From an uncultured Methanomassiliicoccales archaeon (GTDB lineage Archaea > Thermoplasmatota > Thermoplasmata > Methanomassiliicoccales > UBA472), in NCBI GenBank assembly GCA_963695345.1, contig OY968769.1:1920001-1984000 (forward strand): a DNA stretch of 64,000 nt, given 5' to 3'. The stretch's first letter is position 1, and each line of letters starts with the position of its first letter. Positions 61,567 through 64,000 of the stretch are shown here, in pieces. A program made the position numbers and the translations under genes. Below the pieces are notes generated by a model. That model saw only the letters and a list, made by a program, of their open reading frames with translations. It was not told the DNA's origin and did not search any database.

Positions 61567-62930
61567 CCGAAGAACTCTTTATGGATGGCCTTGGTGGCGA
61601 CTTCCAGGTCGTCCTTCTTGACCGTGAAATGATAGGCTACCAGGGAGGCTCCGGCGGAGATCAGCCCGATGTTGATCCCCTCAGCGGCGACGGCGTTGAA
61701 TGCCCTGGAGGCGACGCCCTCGGGTATATCCGATGCCTTCCCCCACCAGACAAAGCAGGGCGATGTCCTCGGAGGTCTCGATCCGGACGATCCCGGACTG
61801 CTTCTCCGATTCCAGGGCGATCCTGGCCGCACCCAGGTCCTTCCTGTCCACCAGCATGGCGACGCAGGTCAGCGAGGTGGCCACAGACAGTATGTTGACG
61901 TCCGCCTCGTTGAGCCGGCGGCTCAGCTGTGACAGGAATCCAGAACGGTAACCGGTGTCCTCGGCGAAGATCTTGACCATGCCCAGGTTCTTCATGCAGG
62001 AGATCGACTTGATGACCGCCTCGTCCTCCGGCGTGCTCTTGGAGACCGCCGTGCCTGGAAGGTCCGGCCGGTACACGTTCTTGAGCTTGATGACGATGTC
62101 CTTGGCCCGGGCCGGCACCACCGTCATGGGATGCAGGACCTTGGCCCCGAAATAGGCCAGCTCCGCCGCCTCTTCGTACGAGAGCTGGGGTATGGGAATC
62201 GCCTGGGGCACGATCTTCGGATCGACGGACATGAACCCGTCGACATCCTTCCAGATCTCCAGGGTGTCCGCACCGATGGCGTTGGCGATGGCGGCGGCCG
62301 AATAGTCCGAACCGTTGCGGCCGAACACCGTGACCGATCCGTCCGGGGCCTTGCCGAAGAAACCCGTGACCACCGGGACCTGGTGCGATCCGAACATGAT
62401 CAGGATGCGGTCCCTGATGTTCTCCTGGGTCTTTTCCAGGTCGGCGATCGCCGAACCGTAGACACCGTCGGTGATGATGCCCAGCTCGTCCGCGTCCAAC
62501 GGGACCGCGTCCACGCCCTGGTCGCGCAGCATGGCGGAAACGACGATGGCCGAGAGCCTTTCCCCGTAGCACTGGACGAAGTCCTTGGTGCGGGGAGTGA
62601 CCTCTTCCAGATAGGAGATGCCGTAGAGCATCCGCTCCAGTTTGACCAGCTTCCCGTTGATCCGGGCCATGGCGTCCTCCCGCTGACGCCGGTCGGAAAC
62701 GGAGTCGGAGATCAGTCTTGAGATGTATCTCCTTCAGTCTTCTGGATGAAGCCGATGACCTCGTTCTCGCTCTTGGTCTGGGCGATGAACTGGATGAGCG
62801 ATTCGGTGATGCCGCTGACGGCCGAGACGACGATGACCTTGTCCTCCTTCTCCGAGGCGATGATCTCCCCTATGCGGAGCATCGATTCACCGGTGGTGAG
62901 CGAGCTGCCACCGAACTTCATGACCTTCAA
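61560..62930 (-). CDS. lysC: Aspartate kinase (frameshifted)
   Basis: VMKFGGSS, VVSAVSG, GERLSA, GRNGSDYSA, WKDVDG and ELAYFGAKVLHP. Confidence 0.95.
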
Positions 62931-63586
62931 TACAGGCTCCTCCGCTTCACGATCTCTTCCGGGGTCTCGTAGCAGGCGCGGTGCGCCTCCTCCTCGGTGA
63001 GCCCGGCCGCCCTGGCGATGATCATCGCCGTGTGCTCGTCGATGATATCCCCGGGAGAATGGGTGTCCGTGTCCAGGACCATCTTGGCGCCTACCTGGCG
63101 GGCGATCCGGGCCACGTGGCCGTTGGTCTTGTTGTGCGAAGACCGCGAGGTTATCTCCAGGGCCACGCCGTTCTTCTTGGCCAGTTCCGCCTCCTCCACG
63201 GTGATGAAGCCGGGATGGGCCAGAATATCGATGTCCGGGTTGCTGACCGCGGCCAGGTTGGTGCCCTTTTCCACCGGCTCCGAGATGGTCTCCCCGTGTA
63301 TGACCACGATCTGTGCCCCCCTCTGACGTGCCTTGGAAACGACCATGTCGATCTTCTTGGCCGGGACGTGGGTTATCTCCACGCCGTTGAGCACCTCCAG
63401 GTTCCACTCCTTGGCCAGGGGTATGTCCTTCGACGCCTCGTCCAGCACCCGGTCCAGCGTGGACAGTGCCACATGGTCGGTGAAGGCGATGGCCTTGTGC
63501 CCCCTGACCGCGCATCTCCGTGCAAGCTCTATTGGCAGCAGCTCCCCATCGGAGAGCAGCGTGTGCATGTGCAGATCGATCCTCAT
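62927..63586 (-). CDS. PHP-family (histidinol-phosphatase-like) protein
   Basis: DLHMHT..SDG, FTDH, GVEITHVP, HGET, LAHPG and DTDTH. Confidence 0.9.
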   Translation of the reverse strand: MRIDLHMHTLLSDGELLPIELARRCAVRGHKAIAFTDHVALSTLDRVLDEASKDIPLAKEWNLEVLNGVEITHVPAKKIDMVVSKARQRGAQIVVIHGETISEPVEKGTNLAAVSNPDIDILAHPGFITVEEAELAKKNGVALEITSRSSHNKTNGHVARIARQVGAKMVLDTDTHSPGDIIDEHTAMIIARAAGLTEEEAHRACYETPEEIVKRRSLY

Positions 63587-64000
63587 TTCTTGTGCCCCCT
63601 GCGTTCCGCCAGCATGCGGTATATGTCGTCCTGGCGGCATGTCCGCCGCTTCCAGCACCACCATCAGGTGGTATATGAGGTCCGAGACCTCCCAGGCGGC
63701 CGCCTTTTGGTCATGGCCCTTGAACGCCAATATGACCTCGCCCGCCTCCTCCACGACCTTTTTCAGCCGCTTGTCCTCATCGGCCAGCAGCTTGCTTGTG
63801 TATGAATCCGGATTCGGTTCCCGCTTGCGCTCGGCGATCGACTCTCTTGAGCTCCGGGATGATGTTCATGGTCCCGGCCAGGTCCCCGTAGAGGACCTCC
63901 TCGAAGCAGGATGCCCGGTCCAGGTGGCAGGCGACCCCTTCCTGCTCCACCCGCACCAACAGGGTGTCGGCGTCGCAGTCGAGCTGCATGGACACGATCT
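63583..64000 (-). CDS. hisIE: Bifunctional phosphoribosyl-AMP cyclohydrolase / phosphoribosyl-ATP diphosphatase (5' partial, frameshifted)
   Basis: LDCDADTLL..ACH..SCF, then SYTSKL..KKVVEEAGEV..EVSDLIYH. Confidence 0.93.

Overview
This is a GC-rich archaeal chromosomal segment, most likely from a Methanomassiliicoccales/Thermoplasmata methanogen. That assignment is inferred from RNA polymerase subunit L, Dph5, CobY, archaeal CobT, a MEDS-domain protein, an ATP-dependent DNA ligase, a helicase-only Hef and BspA-type surface proteins. Many genes carry single-base frameshifts that look like long-read consensus errors. There are about 55 protein genes: truD and rpoL, a BspA-like LRR surface protein, amtB-glnK plus a PAS histidine kinase, DNA ligase and Hef helicase, an APC/USP transporter, a nuclease-like cluster, ADP-forming acetyl-CoA synthetase, herA/mre11/rad50, a divergent FtsZ-like protein, dph5/trm5/dcd, a corrinoid salvage cluster (btuFCD-cobD-cbiB-cbiZ/cobZ-cobS-cobY opposite cobT and an alkaline-phosphatase-superfamily gene), hypF, gcvH, a B12 radical SAM protein, mtnP, two flavin reductases and hisIE-PHP-lysC-pheA. 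I saw no rRNA, canonical tRNA, CRISPR array or IS element. Two non-coding signals stand out. (1) An unannotated ~345-nt highly structured RNA candidate at 23995-24339 (-) lacks RNase P, SRP and tmRNA hallmarks. (2) A 17-bp palindrome, TTGGATGTATCATCCAA, sits at the predicted transcription starts of the corrinoid genes, which suggests a protein-based B12 regulon that also includes an unexplained phosphatase/mutase-like gene. A perfect NrpR operator lies upstream of amtB.
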